61,406 nt of DNA from a bacterium (GCA_037140175.1 JBAXEY010000001.1:1-61406), one strand, 5' to 3'; positions 19,494 to 29,910 are shown, counted from the first letter of the stretch. The notes: generated by a model not told the origin, from the letters alone. Numbers and translations: made by a program.

Positions 19494-20064
19494 TTTTGTA
19501 TACCTCTTGGGCTAGCTTTTGCCCCATATCTAGAGCCTTTAAATTCAGATTTCTTAGCTGTGGCTTGAGAACATATTTGTCAGCGAAGTTCTCACCTAAT
19601 GCGTTCTCGACCATTTTATTTTTGATTATCCCTATCTCATTTACAATTGCGCCTAGCAGAATAATATTAAAAACCTTCGGATCAAGTTTCTTTGAGGCGG
19701 TAGAGGTCGCTGGAATAGGCAATTTTTCGGCACGAATCCCAGATAATTTAATCGAGGAGATCAAATCAGCATCATATAGATACAAGGTTTCCTGGCTGAT
19801 ATATTGCTCTGTTCTCTCTATCGCCCGCTCACACATTACAACCAAAAGGTCCGCCTTCGCGAACTTGGGAAAACCGATAGGTCCTTTCCCCAATTGGATA
19901 AAACCGAGTGAGACCCCACCGCGTTGCTCGACGCCATAGTTTGGCATATACGAAACGTTATGGCCACACTCATATGCTGCTTTGGCTAGAATGTGTGCGA
20001 TGCTTTGGATCCCCTGTCCACCTTCGCCTGCAATTAATATTTTGTATATGTCTTTTTTAACCAT
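19483..20064 (-). CDS. 2-oxoacid:ferredoxin oxidoreductase gamma subunit
   Basis: Start refined to MVKKDIYK (20064), 8-nt overlap with the beta stop. ILIAGEGGQGIQS motif. Confidence 0.8.
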   Translation of the reverse strand: MVKKDIYKILIAGEGGQGIQSIAHILAKAAYECGHNVSYMPNYGVEQRGGVSLGFIQLGKGPIGFPKFAKADLLVVMCERAIERTEQYISQETLYLYDADLISSIKLSGIRAEKLPIPATSTASKKLDPKVFNIILLGAIVNEIGIIKNKMVENALGENFADKYVLKPQLRNLNLKALDMGQKLAQEVYKNGK

Positions 20065-20770
20065 TGATGACACCGAGTTTAAATGTTTCTTCGAGTTTTT
20101 CGAGAGCTTCAATCGATTGCTTGGCGTCTGTTTTCCAGTTTGTGGGACAATATGACATTATCTCCACAAAAGAAAAATGTCCGCCAATCTGCCTCTCAAT
20201 CGCACTTTTTAGCATCTGTTTCATCTGAGGTATGTTTAGGATGCTTGCCCTCGCCAGGTAAGCGCTTGGACCAGCCATGTCTTTTGCTAACTCTGGGCCC
20301 AAAACTGGCTTTTCGTATGTAAATTTTCCTTCAGGTGAAGAGTCTGTAATCTGACCATAAAGTGATGTTGGAGCTAACTGTCCACCAGTCATAGCATAGA
20401 TCGTGTTATTTACTCCAATAATCGTAACTGGATCATCTCGATGAGCGGCATGGAGAAAACTTTGAAGACCGATCGCGTAGAGCCCACCATCTCCAGCAAT
20501 ACCAATCGTGACACTTTCACGATTCGCTCTCTTGTATCCGACCGAGAGGGGCGTTACCCGTCCATGATGAGTCTGTATTGTGTCTAATTTATAATAATTC
20601 CAAGCCAATAGATTGCAGCCAATATCGACGGCAAAGACAGTTCTGGGCGCAATCTCGAGCTCGTCGATGACTTCACCGAGAGTTTTTAGGATGATTCCAT
20701 AGCCACAGCCAGGACAAAAATTACTTGGCTTTGTCTTTGGATTAACGCAATGCGGGTATCTTGGTTCCAT
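20057..20770 (-). CDS. 2-oxoacid:ferredoxin oxidoreductase beta subunit (TPP-binding)
   Basis: 237 aa. FCPGCGYG and GIAGDGG TPP motif. Confidence 0.85.
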   Translation of the reverse strand: MEPRYPHCVNPKTKPSNFCPGCGYGIILKTLGEVIDELEIAPRTVFAVDIGCNLLAWNYYKLDTIQTHHGRVTPLSVGYKRANRESVTIGIAGDGGLYAIGLQSFLHAAHRDDPVTIIGVNNTIYAMTGGQLAPTSLYGQITDSSPEGKFTYEKPVLGPELAKDMAGPSAYLARASILNIPQMKQMLKSAIERQIGGHFSFVEIMSYCPTNWKTDAKQSIEALEKLEETFKLGVING

Positions 20771-21810
20771 TAGTAAACTTCCTTAATCTTGGCTTCAATT
20801 TCTTCGGGGGTAATCCCCTCGGCTGGTTTGTATAATCTAATATATTCTGCGTCTGTTGATTGAGTTAGGGTCTCTCTGACAATTCTCCCAAATTGTCCTC
20901 CGCTTGATTCGGCAATTAATATTTTGTCAGCATTTTTGACAGCCTTGATCGCCCCCCTATCATCAAAAGGCCTCATAGTGATTGGCCTGAATAACCCGAC
21001 TCTCTTGTTCTCTTTTCTAAGGTTGTGGACTGCTACTTTTGCCGCAAAGCCGACCGTGCCCCAAGCAAAAATAACTACTCTAGCGTCATTCGTCTTGTAG
21101 GATTCAGACTCTACTATTTGTCGGCTAGCTGAAGCATATTTGGCAAATAAAATATTGAGATGTTCAGCGAGTTCGTCTTCTCTAGAAAAACAGTTTCGCA
21201 AGTTTTTGACCTCTTTATTCAAAAATATTGCCTCGGCTGGCTCCTGGGGCAGAACCCGTGAAGTGTCGACTGGACTTAATGTCTTAGTCAAATAACCGTC
21301 ACCTAAAATAATCGTTGGCAAACGATACCGCCAAGCCGTATGAAAGGCTTTTTGAGTTATTTCGAATAATTCCTGGATGTTACTTGGAGCATAGACAACT
21401 CGTAAGCCCTCACTGTTACCGCCATAGCGGGCCAGGTTTAGCTCCTGTTGAGAGTAAATGACTGTACCGGTCGATGGACCGCCTCGTTGTCCTACGTACA
21501 TAACAAAGGGTAATGAGAGCGTCTCCGCCAGCACAAGTGGATCTTGGATTAATATGTGACCGACGCCAGAGGTAACTGTCCAGGTTTTTTTGCCAGCGAG
21601 CAAGCCTCCGATGACAGCCATTCCCGCCGAAGTCTCATCCTCTGTTTGCAAAAAAAGTAGTTTTGGATTTTTGGCCGCTTCTCTCGCCCAGCCATTCATG
21701 ATTTCTGTCGATGGAGTGATGGGATAACCAGCAAAATATTCGGCACCTGCTAAAAGGGCCGCTTTTAATACGACATCATTCCCCGTTAATAATTCTTTTT
21801 TTACCGACAA
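20770..21810 (-). CDS. 2-oxoacid:ferredoxin oxidoreductase alpha subunit
   Basis: 346 aa. GNDVVLKAALLAGAEYFAGYPITPSTEI. Apparent TTG start. Confidence 0.85.
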   Translation of the reverse strand: MSVKKELLTGNDVVLKAALLAGAEYFAGYPITPSTEIMNGWAREAAKNPKLLFLQTEDETSAGMAVIGGLLAGKKTWTVTSGVGHILIQDPLVLAETLSLPFVMYVGQRGGPSTGTVIYSQQELNLARYGGNSEGLRVVYAPSNIQELFEITQKAFHTAWRYRLPTIILGDGYLTKTLSPVDTSRVLPQEPAEAIFLNKEVKNLRNCFSREDELAEHLNILFAKYASASRQIVESESYKTNDARVVIFAWGTVGFAAKVAVHNLRKENKRVGLFRPITMRPFDDRGAIKAVKNADKILIAESSGGQFGRIVRETLTQSTDAEYIRLYKPAEGITPEEIEAKIKEVY

Positions 21811-21830
21811 ATCCCCTCCATAAAACTATT

Positions 21831-23978
21831 TTACTCTGACTTCTCCAAATCAAAAACAACTTTAGCATCCAGTGCGACTATTCCGCCATTATCTTTGGCC
21901 AAACGGATTGGGTTGATATCGACTTCTTTGATATTGGGAAAGTCTATCATCAAGGCCGATAAACCCGAAATCGCCTTTGCTATTGCATCCAAATCAAACT
22001 TTTCGGTATTCCTGTAGCCGAGTAGAAGTTTGTAAGAACGAATTCTTTCCATCATATTGTGTGCTTCTTCCAGACTGACCGGCGCCAGTCTAATACGAAA
22101 ATCATTTAACACCTCGATGTAGATACCCCCCATCCCAAACATAATGACTGGTCCAAAAATAGGGTCTCTCTTTGCCCCAAAGGCTAGCTCCACAGAGGAA
22201 CGAATCATATGATAGACGGTCACTCCCAGAATATTGGCCTCAGGAAAATGTTTCTTGGCATTGGTCAATATCTCTTGGTAGGCAGACTTTAGCTCATCTT
22301 CCGAACTTATTCCGAGCTTGACCGCGCCGGCTTCTGTTTTGTGAAGAATATCAGGAGATGTAACTTTCAAAACTACTGGATAACCGAATCTCTCTGCCGC
22401 CGCTATCGCTTCATCGACATTTGCTGTTAGCTTTGAATCCGCCATTGGAATCTGGTAGGCGGCCAATAATTTGGCCAGATTTGCATCATCTAAAATCGAA
22501 TTTCTGGCGATAAGCTTCTCTGCCGCCTTTTTCAATCCTTGAGTATATTTCTGCTTGGTGGTTTTTTCTTTTTTGTATTTTCCGTAACGCGAAAGCTGAT
22601 CAAGCGCAGTCACGGCTTCTTCTGGATAGAGAAAGGTTGGTATTTTGGCCTCAGCTAAAATCTTGGATGCGTTGTCGAAACTTTTGCCCCCAATAAAAAC
22701 GACGACGGTTCTGTGGTCGCTATTGTCGGCGATAACTTTCGCTATATTGTCTATGTCTGTATTTGATTGTGGTGTAATAAGGACAATCTTGAAATCAGGT
22801 GTTTTGTCTTTTTTGTTCTTTAGTATTTCAAATATATTTGAGAATTCTTTACTCGTTGCATCGCCTAGCAAATCCAAAGGATTGTTGGCCATAACACGAT
22901 TCTCAAAAGTTGATTCTATTTTTTCTGTTTGACTTTGACTAAATTTATAAAATTTTAAGTGATGTTTTGTCGCTATCTCGTCCGCCGCCATGACTGCTGG
23001 ACCACCTGCGTTTGTAATAATTAATATATCTTCCTTCTCTGGCAATGTTATCTCCGAAAAGACCATACTCCACTCAAATAGATCACCCAGGTTCTCTGCT
23101 CTAATAACACCAGCCTCCTGTAATGCCTCTGTCAAAACCAAATCGTCTGACGACATAGCTGCGGTATGAGACCTGGCCGCCTTCTGTCCGGCCTCACTTC
23201 GACCAGCTTTTAGTAAAATAAACGGCTTTTCTTGGGTCAATTTCTTGGCTAGATGGAGAAACTTTGGCCCACTAGAGATTGACTCTAGATACCCTAAAAC
23301 AACCTTTGTATTCGGATCATGTGCAAAAAATTCAACAAAATCATTCTCATTCAGATCAGCTTTGTTGCCCAAACTTACAAAATGCGAGAAACCAACTCCT
23401 CTTAGGTTGGCCCAATCCAAAATAGCTGTACAGGTCGCTCCTGATTGCGATAAAACAGCAATATTTTTTTTATCTGGCATATTGAGTGAAAAAGATGCAT
23501 TTAACCTGTTTATCGGACTAATAACTCCCAGGCAATTGGGGCCGAGAATCCTAATCTCATTTCTCTCTGCTACTTCTAGAATTTGTTCCTGAAGCTTTTT
23601 TCCCTTTGCACCAATCTCAGCAAAGCCAGCAGAGATAATGATAACTTGGCCTATCTTTTTGTAACCACATTCCTCTATTACCTCCGGCACCGTCTGGGCC
23701 GGGGTTGCAATTATCGCAAGTTCTATTCTTTCAACAACATCTTGTACACTTGGGTAGCATTTTAAGCCCAGGATATTTTTTTCGTTGTAATTGATCGGAT
23801 ATATCTTTCCCGGAAATTGTCCATCTAGAAGGTTTTTAATCAAACTAAAACCAATTTTACCTGGTTTGGCAGACGCTCCAATTACAGCAACTGATTTTGG
23901 CTTCAATAAATCACTGCCGATCAAATTTCCCTCCTCTATATAATAAGAATCATTAACCTTGTGCTGATTGACTGCCAT
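21831..23978 (-). CDS. ADP-forming acetyl-CoA synthetase (fused alpha/beta, NDP-forming acyl-CoA synthetase family)
   Basis: 715 aa. N-terminal CoA-binding motif VAVIGASAKPGKIG, a ligase-CoA domain, and a C-terminal ATP-grasp domain. Confidence 0.8.
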   Translation of the reverse strand: MAVNQHKVNDSYYIEEGNLIGSDLLKPKSVAVIGASAKPGKIGFSLIKNLLDGQFPGKIYPINYNEKNILGLKCYPSVQDVVERIELAIIATPAQTVPEVIEECGYKKIGQVIIISAGFAEIGAKGKKLQEQILEVAERNEIRILGPNCLGVISPINRLNASFSLNMPDKKNIAVLSQSGATCTAILDWANLRGVGFSHFVSLGNKADLNENDFVEFFAHDPNTKVVLGYLESISSGPKFLHLAKKLTQEKPFILLKAGRSEAGQKAARSHTAAMSSDDLVLTEALQEAGVIRAENLGDLFEWSMVFSEITLPEKEDILIITNAGGPAVMAADEIATKHHLKFYKFSQSQTEKIESTFENRVMANNPLDLLGDATSKEFSNIFEILKNKKDKTPDFKIVLITPQSNTDIDNIAKVIADNSDHRTVVVFIGGKSFDNASKILAEAKIPTFLYPEEAVTALDQLSRYGKYKKEKTTKQKYTQGLKKAAEKLIARNSILDDANLAKLLAAYQIPMADSKLTANVDEAIAAAERFGYPVVLKVTSPDILHKTEAGAVKLGISSEDELKSAYQEILTNAKKHFPEANILGVTVYHMIRSSVELAFGAKRDPIFGPVIMFGMGGIYIEVLNDFRIRLAPVSLEEAHNMMERIRSYKLLLGYRNTEKFDLDAIAKAISGLSALMIDFPNIKEVDINPIRLAKDNGGIVALDAKVVFDLEKSE

Positions 23979-24702
23979 CTGGCTGGACCGTTGGTGTCGC
24001 TGGCGTTGGCTCTGGTGTAACTGGTGTGGTCGGCTGAACTACTGGTGTTTCAACCTTTTTTACCTCTGGTACTGTGACGTCGCTTTGTGGAGGCGCTACG
24101 ACTGGCAACTCCAAAACTGCTGGAGTTTCTTTTAGTTTAGCCAAATCGCTTTGTAATTTTTTGTATTCCTGGTTTTGCTGAGTTATTTTATTTTGGTTAA
24201 TCGTCCCAGCAACGAAATAGGTAGTCACCCCAGCGATGACGATCAATACCAATCCACCCAACAAGGCAAATATAGGCCCTTTGCCGCCTCCTTTTGGAGG
24301 GGTTGATGTTTGTTGGTTAGATATCGGTTCGCTAAAGTTGGCCACTCCTTGGTTGCTCGCTGGAGCACTGCTCGTCGTTGGCTGAGAGACACTTACTGGA
24401 TTGATTGCTGCCTGTGCAGGTTTAACGTCCTGGTAAACTGGCCTTGGCGTCGGATCAGAATTGACTGGCTGTGGAGACGCTGGGAGCTGTTGTGGTTGCG
24501 CGCTTGGAGTTGGTTTGGGCCCATCTGTCGGTGCCGTGGTCGGCATCTGTGGTGTCGATACTCCTTCTTTGTGATCCCCCGCCAAGTTTACATGAACCTC
24601 GTCTGGACGATTAAATCCGCTATAAAAAGAGTTTCCCGGCGTATTTGCTGGTGGATTCTGGCCAGACCCATTACTATTTGGTGAATTAATTGTATCAACC
24701 AT
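23953..24702 (-). CDS. Pro/Thr/Ser/Gln-rich low-complexity protein with one TM helix
   Basis: 249 aa. Compositionally biased, with a single central TM helix (IFALLGGLVLIVIAGVTTYFVAG). Confidence 0.4.
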   Translation of the reverse strand: MVDTINSPNSNGSGQNPPANTPGNSFYSGFNRPDEVHVNLAGDHKEGVSTPQMPTTAPTDGPKPTPSAQPQQLPASPQPVNSDPTPRPVYQDVKPAQAAINPVSVSQPTTSSAPASNQGVANFSEPISNQQTSTPPKGGGKGPIFALLGGLVLIVIAGVTTYFVAGTINQNKITQQNQEYKKLQSDLAKLKETPAVLELPVVAPPQSDVTVPEVKKVETPVVQPTTPVTPEPTPATPTVQPDGSQSAQG

Positions 24703-24703
24703 C

Positions 24704-25543
24704 TTATGCTCCTAAGGTAAAGGTATTTGCCATCTTGACTAGATCTTCGGCATAACCTCCTCCTTCACTTAATATAAATGTTTTTCCGTTTGCTGAAAAG
24801 ACTATTCCCGTGGTTTGGGTGTTTGACATAACAGATGTATATGTATATTTTGTAGCAGAGATCCCGGCTACAGTCATTTTTTCACCCACAACACCAGTAA
24901 TCGCTGTGTATTCTTTCGTAACTTCATCTATAGTTCTTCCACTCACCTGGATTATTATCGGAGCAATAAACTCACTTCCTTGTGGCAAGGTGACGGGTAG
25001 CTCTTGATTGCTAAAAGCAGTCATAGAGAGTGATTTGGTCGCTTCATTTCCACCATAATCTTGGTATTTCCATCCAGGTGGATATTTTACTTTATAACCT
25101 TGATTGGTATTGGTGTACTGTGACCAGCCAGTGGATGGGTCCGCGGCTGGTGCCTGGATTGTGGTGTATTCCTTTGAAATCCAACCTTCTTTGCCATCAA
25201 AACTAACCTTATACCAGCCATCAAGTTCTTCGGTCGCTTCTAGTTTGGTTCCATTTGGGATCAAGACTAGTTTTGCCGACTTGATATTGCGGTCCTGACG
25301 AAGATTCAAACCTCCGTCTGCACTAATAAAAATGGTGGTAGTCTTTTTGAGCGGCCGATCTCCCGTCTCTATCTTTACAACTTCCTTTTTCCCACTATCT
25401 GGCTTATAGGAGTTTATTTTATAAATAGTATAAATAACAAAAAATGAAACAACTACGATTGCAATGCTGATAATAATTTTCTTACGCTTAGAAAATTTCT
25501 TTAGATTGAACTTCTTTTTTTTGCTGTAACCGCGAGAAAGCAT
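24704..25543 (-). CDS. membrane-anchored SH3b-domain protein (paralogue of 8098-8922)
   Basis: 279 aa. TM anchor, then GGLNLRQDR...DGWYKVSFDGKEGWISKEY. Confidence 0.6.
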   Translation of the reverse strand: MLSRGYSKKKKFNLKKFSKRKKIIISIAIVVVSFFVIYTIYKINSYKPDSGKKEVVKIETGDRPLKKTTTIFISADGGLNLRQDRNIKSAKLVLIPNGTKLEATEELDGWYKVSFDGKEGWISKEYTTIQAPAADPSTGWSQYTNTNQGYKVKYPPGWKYQDYGGNEATKSLSMTAFSNQELPVTLPQGSEFIAPIIIQVSGRTIDEVTKEYTAITGVVGEKMTVAGISATKYTYTSVMSNTQTTGIVFSANGKTFILSEGGGYAEDLVKMANTFTLGA

Positions 25544-26022
25544 TAAACTCCTTTTATCTCATTGATCTTCCAGAGCCCGTCTTCTTTGACTAAGTTAATT
25601 GTTTTTTCAAAGGTAGCATCCTCCGTCGGCCAGCTCCCTTTTAAATTCACGGTTGCCATATCGTTTTCGACTGTATAAGTCGTCTCAATCACATTGACTT
25701 TATCGAACTCCTTGTCAACTGATAGAACTGTCTTAACGTCCATGTTCTTCTGGCCAGACGATAGATAAAGTTTCGTCTTTTCGGCTGAGTCAGCTTTAAA
25801 CTCGACGATGAAATTTTTTACAACATCGCTCGGCAAATAGTCTTTGCTGTCTTTATCTAATTTTAATTTATCAATATCAATCTTCACTGTTGCGGCTTTA
25901 TTTGTAAGGTCCTTCGACTCAGTTACAAACGCTTTGTTTCGCAATGAATAAATACCGACAATCGTGCCTGCGAGCAAGATTACCTCGACACCCAATAAAA
26001 TAAAAAAAACTTTCCTATTCAT
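25543..26022 (-). CDS. membrane-anchored hypothetical protein
   Basis: 159 aa. N-terminal TM helix and a soluble extracytoplasmic domain. No recognisable motif. Confidence 0.4.
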   Translation of the reverse strand: MNRKVFFILLGVEVILLAGTIVGIYSLRNKAFVTESKDLTNKAATVKIDIDKLKLDKDSKDYLPSDVVKNFIVEFKADSAEKTKLYLSSGQKNMDVKTVLSVDKEFDKVNVIETTYTVENDMATVNLKGSWPTEDATFEKTINLVKEDGLWKINEIKGV

Positions 26023-26024
26023 TT

Positions 26025-26621
26025 CTACTCTCCTATAAAGGTTTTTACATCGTTTATTAATGCTCGATCTACTGTGATTGGCTTCGAAGTGGCTACTTTC
26101 TGGCCATTAGCCATTTGGTAGACCAAATATGTCGCTTTTGATTCACCGGAGGATAATAAGGCAAAAGCTAAGCCACCATGGCCGCTATAGCTCTGGTTCG
26201 TAACAACACTAGCCCAGCCTGGGGCACACTGTCCAGATTGATAGGAGCTACATTTTTCAACCGAATAAACGCCTTGCGGACCATATAGACTAAGTCCGAT
26301 CGTATTATCCTGGTTCTTGATAGCTTGGATAGTGACATCATTGATAACTGTTTGTGTTGATTGCGGCGTCGACGTTGATGTACCTGCTTGAGGGCTGGTT
26401 GTACTCGTGGCAGCACTTTCTTGTTGTGCTTCTTTGCCCGCAAGGTTCTCCTGAACTTTTTCTTCACCGGTTATTTGTTTAATCTCGTCTTTGTCAGACT
26501 TGGTCTTCTCGTTTGATCTCTGAGAAAAGATATAGCCACCAACCAAAATAACCACAATTACAAACCCCAGAGCCAATAAGACTTTTCGTTTTTTTACAAA
26601 ATTATTTATTTTCTTGCTCAT
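26025..26621 (-). CDS. membrane-anchored hypothetical protein
   Basis: Start uncertain: MSKKINN at 26621, other starts up to 26654. One TM helix, a Ser/Thr/Gln-rich linker and a Cys-containing C-terminal domain. Confidence 0.4.
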   Translation of the reverse strand: MSKKINNFVKKRKVLLALGFVIVVILVGGYIFSQRSNEKTKSDKDEIKQITGEEKVQENLAGKEAQQESAATSTTSPQAGTSTSTPQSTQTVINDVTIQAIKNQDNTIGLSLYGPQGVYSVEKCSSYQSGQCAPGWASVVTNQSYSGHGGLAFALLSSGESKATYLVYQMANGQKVATSKPITVDRALINDVKTFIGE

Positions 26622-27594
26622 CCTCATTTTCAATTTTAGCACGAAGTGCATCAAAATTCATCAAGCCTTTTTGTGCCCCGACGTTTTGAATTACACTTGC
26701 AGCGTTGTGGGCCGCCACCCTTATCGAATATTCGATACTGCAACCCAAGAAACGGCAAGCAACAAAGGTTGCCCCATAGCAATCCCCAGCCCCGGTTGTT
26801 TCAACTACCTCTGCTTTGCATGCAGGTTGATGATACATCTTTTTTTGATCATAACAATAACTCCCGTGTTCGCCATCGGTTATTAATATTAAACCTTTGG
26901 TCATCAAAGACAGTGAGTCAATTATCTGTCTCACATCGTGAACTTTTGAGCGATTATTTTTGGTCAGCACAAGCTTTTCGGCTTCTTCCCGATTCAAAAT
27001 AAGTATATCTGTGATCTCTAAAAATCGAGATATATCATGGAAGCCCATTTCAAGCTGTTCGTTTCCTGGATTCCAAGCAATACAAATATTGTGGGCCGAG
27101 GCATATGCAAATAGCTCTGGGATTACCTCGGTTGAGTCACCAGTTAAGGAAGAGACGTAAAACCATTTGGTTTTTATTGAACGCCAGTCGTGAATTGCTA
27201 AATTATTGTTGGCTCCACGATACAAGAACATTGTATGATCTTTGGCTGGGATGCCCACAACTAGAGAAAGGGCTGTGTGGTGCTCACGACTCCTCATCAC
27301 ATAGCTAGTATCGACTCCGTCTGATTCGAGCTCGTGAACTAGCAAACTTCCCGTGCCTTCTGCGCCAATACTCAGTATTGAGGAGACCTTCAACCCAAGC
27401 CTAGCAAAACAGATAGCTGAGTTGGCTCCGCCTCCTCCATAGGTAAATTCAGTTGTTTCGGGAATAATCTTTGCGCCGTATTCGAAGGCAATCAAATGTT
27501 TCAAACTTGAGTGAGGATCTTTCATTACCCTACCTTTTGAGGTTATGAAGAAAACATCCCTCGAGGCTCCACCAATTGTAATAATATCAAACAT
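26602..27594 (-). CDS. PfkB-family carbohydrate/nucleoside kinase
   Basis: 330 aa. N-terminal GG dipeptide region (YGGGGANS) and C-terminal TTGAGDCYGATF anion-hole motif. Confidence 0.8.
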   Translation of the reverse strand: MFDIITIGGASRDVFFITSKGRVMKDPHSSLKHLIAFEYGAKIIPETTEFTYGGGGANSAICFARLGLKVSSILSIGAEGTGSLLVHELESDGVDTSYVMRSREHHTALSLVVGIPAKDHTMFLYRGANNNLAIHDWRSIKTKWFYVSSLTGDSTEVIPELFAYASAHNICIAWNPGNEQLEMGFHDISRFLEITDILILNREEAEKLVLTKNNRSKVHDVRQIIDSLSLMTKGLILITDGEHGSYCYDQKKMYHQPACKAEVVETTGAGDCYGATFVACRFLGCSIEYSIRVAAHNAASVIQNVGAQKGLMNFDALRAKIENEDEQENK

Positions 27595-27600
27595 AATTTC

Positions 27601-29115
27601 CTATTTATTTATCTTTTCTTCACTCATCTGCGACGGCTTTTCTATCCCCATTATATCAAGGATAGTTGGCGCAATATTGCCTAATTTTAAGTCAGTTGTT
27701 TCTTTGAGCTTTAAATTTTCTGCATCAATTAATATTAATGGAACCGGATTTGTCGTATGTGCTGTTTTGGGAGTCCCATCCATCTCCAACATTGACTCGG
27801 CATTGCCATGATCGGCTGTAACTATAACTGTCATTTGAGACTCAACTGCCCTAGCTACTACTTTGCCCAGACACTCATCAACAACTTCCGCTGCCTTGAC
27901 TGTCGCCGGTATATTCCCAGTATGTCCAACCATATCTAAATTCGCATAATTTACTACAATAAAATCATAAAGGCCTATTTTTTCTAAAAGTGTTTCAGAG
28001 ATTTTGCCCGCACTCATCTCGGGCATAAGATCGTATGTCTTGACTTTCGGCGATGGTATCAAAAGGCGATCCTCTCCCTTAAAAGCTTTTTCACTTCCAC
28101 CATTAAAAAAGTAAGTTACATGAGCATATTTTTCTGTTTCGGCCAAGTGGAATTGAGTAAACCCTTCGCCTGACAACGTTTCAGCTAAACCTTGGTGGAC
28201 TATTTGTTCTGAAAAAGCAACCGTTGCTGGAAATTTTTTCTCGTATTCTGTCATGGTTGTCATCTTCAGCTTTTTGAGGACTTTCTTTCTTCTAAACCCA
28301 CCGAATCCAGGTCGACCAAGAGCTTCGACTATCTGTCTAGGTCTGTCCGACCTTAGATTATAGACAAAGACCGCATCCCCGTCTGAAATCAATCCATCTC
28401 GTTCTACTATAATCGGCAAGAAAAATTCATCATCCAACCCCTGCTGATAAGAAGCCTTTACTGCCTTGATTGGATTGGCTTGCTTGATCCCGTGGCCGAG
28501 AGTCATGGCATCATAAGACACTTCAGTTCTGTGCCATCGCTTGTCTCGATCCATCGCATAATAGCGGCCCACTATGGTTGCGATCTGGCCAATTTTATAT
28601 TTGTGCATTTCGTGTTGAAGCTCAGTAATATACTTTGTGGCCGATTTTGGGCCTACGTCTCTACCGTCCGTGATGACATGGATATATACTTTTTTTAAGT
28701 TCTCGTCCTTGGCCTTTTTTAGTAAAGCAAAAAGATGCTTTTGATGAGAATGGACACCACCATCACTCAATAAGCCGATTAGGTGAAGAGGTTTATTTTT
28801 TTCCTTTGCATATTTAAAGAGATCATTGATTACGATATTTTCAAAAAATGAACCATCTTCGATGGATGCAGTTATCCTGGGTAAGTCTTGCCGGACAATC
28901 CTGCCAGCGCCAATATTGAGATGGCCCACCTCTGAATTGCCAATCTGTCCCTTGGGTAGACCGACGCTTTCTCCTGATGCAGTTAGCTTGGTATGAGGAT
29001 ATTTTGACCAATAATAGTCAAAGTTGGGCGTTTTGGCCAAACTAATAGCATTGCCCTTTCCCATTGGAGCAAGACCATAACCATCCAAAATAACTAGAAG
29101 TACCCTCCTTGACAT
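27601..29115 (-). CDS. gpmI: 2,3-bisphosphoglycerate-independent phosphoglycerate mutase
   Basis: 504 aa. VILDGYG, NSEVGHLNIGAGR and TADHGNAE. Confidence 0.9.
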   Translation of the reverse strand: MSRRVLLVILDGYGLAPMGKGNAISLAKTPNFDYYWSKYPHTKLTASGESVGLPKGQIGNSEVGHLNIGAGRIVRQDLPRITASIEDGSFFENIVINDLFKYAKEKNKPLHLIGLLSDGGVHSHQKHLFALLKKAKDENLKKVYIHVITDGRDVGPKSATKYITELQHEMHKYKIGQIATIVGRYYAMDRDKRWHRTEVSYDAMTLGHGIKQANPIKAVKASYQQGLDDEFFLPIIVERDGLISDGDAVFVYNLRSDRPRQIVEALGRPGFGGFRRKKVLKKLKMTTMTEYEKKFPATVAFSEQIVHQGLAETLSGEGFTQFHLAETEKYAHVTYFFNGGSEKAFKGEDRLLIPSPKVKTYDLMPEMSAGKISETLLEKIGLYDFIVVNYANLDMVGHTGNIPATVKAAEVVDECLGKVVARAVESQMTVIVTADHGNAESMLEMDGTPKTAHTTNPVPLILIDAENLKLKETTDLKLGNIAPTILDIMGIEKPSQMSEEKINK

Positions 29116-29163
29116 AATCTAATTTTACCAGAGTATGAGTATTATTAAATAGCTAAAGGGTTT

Positions 29164-29910
29164 TTATTTTGCCGAGAGATCTTTATATATTAGGTATGAG
29201 TAGATAATTCCATAGAAGGCTAATATAAAGTTTACTATCATTAATATAGCAGTTTGCAGCAACTGTATCAGAATAAAATCTGGCGTGACATATTGGATGG
29301 AGGAAACGGCGACGGATATTAGACCAAGAAGCAAAAATCTCCCAAGAACTGGCCAGAAATAACCTTTTACCAATCCTCTACTTCGTTTTAGGACACTCAA
29401 ATTATGTTTTTCTTCCAAAATAAAGATTGGGGTAACCAAACTTAGAAATATTCCAATAATGATCCCTGGTATTATCAAGAAGATATAGCCCAATAAAATT
29501 AACAGTCCAGCGACAAAGGATATCCACAGAAATTTCCCAAAATGTTTGAAGCCATATTTTAAGGCATCGGCTATCCCGCCATTATCTTTCTCGCAAACAC
29601 TATAGGCAATTTTTATCGTAGCCAGGTTAACCGCCACGGCAAGGATAACAACCGGAATTAGGACTAGAACGATCCCAACCGTGATACCAATTACCCCTTT
29701 TAGCAAGAAAAATGGGATTAGGAATAATGCTAATGCACAAATCGCTAATCCGATAAAAACCCCGATGCTAATCAAAAACATTAGCAAAAATTTGACCCAA
29801 CCCTCGGTAAAGATCTTCCACGCGTCAGTAAACAAACTACCGATAGGTCTTAATTTAGATTTACTTGCCACTGTCTCTGACACGACTGTTTTATTTGGTT
29901 CTTCTTCCAT
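29164..29910 (-). CDS. polytopic membrane protein, function unknown
   Basis: 248 aa with about 6 TM helices. Confidence 0.4.
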   Translation of the reverse strand: MEEEPNKTVVSETVASKSKLRPIGSLFTDAWKIFTEGWVKFLLMFLISIGVFIGLAICALALFLIPFFLLKGVIGITVGIVLVLIPVVILAVAVNLATIKIAYSVCEKDNGGIADALKYGFKHFGKFLWISFVAGLLILLGYIFLIIPGIIIGIFLSLVTPIFILEEKHNLSVLKRSRGLVKGYFWPVLGRFLLLGLISVAVSSIQYVTPDFILIQLLQTAILMIVNFILAFYGIIYSYLIYKDLSAK

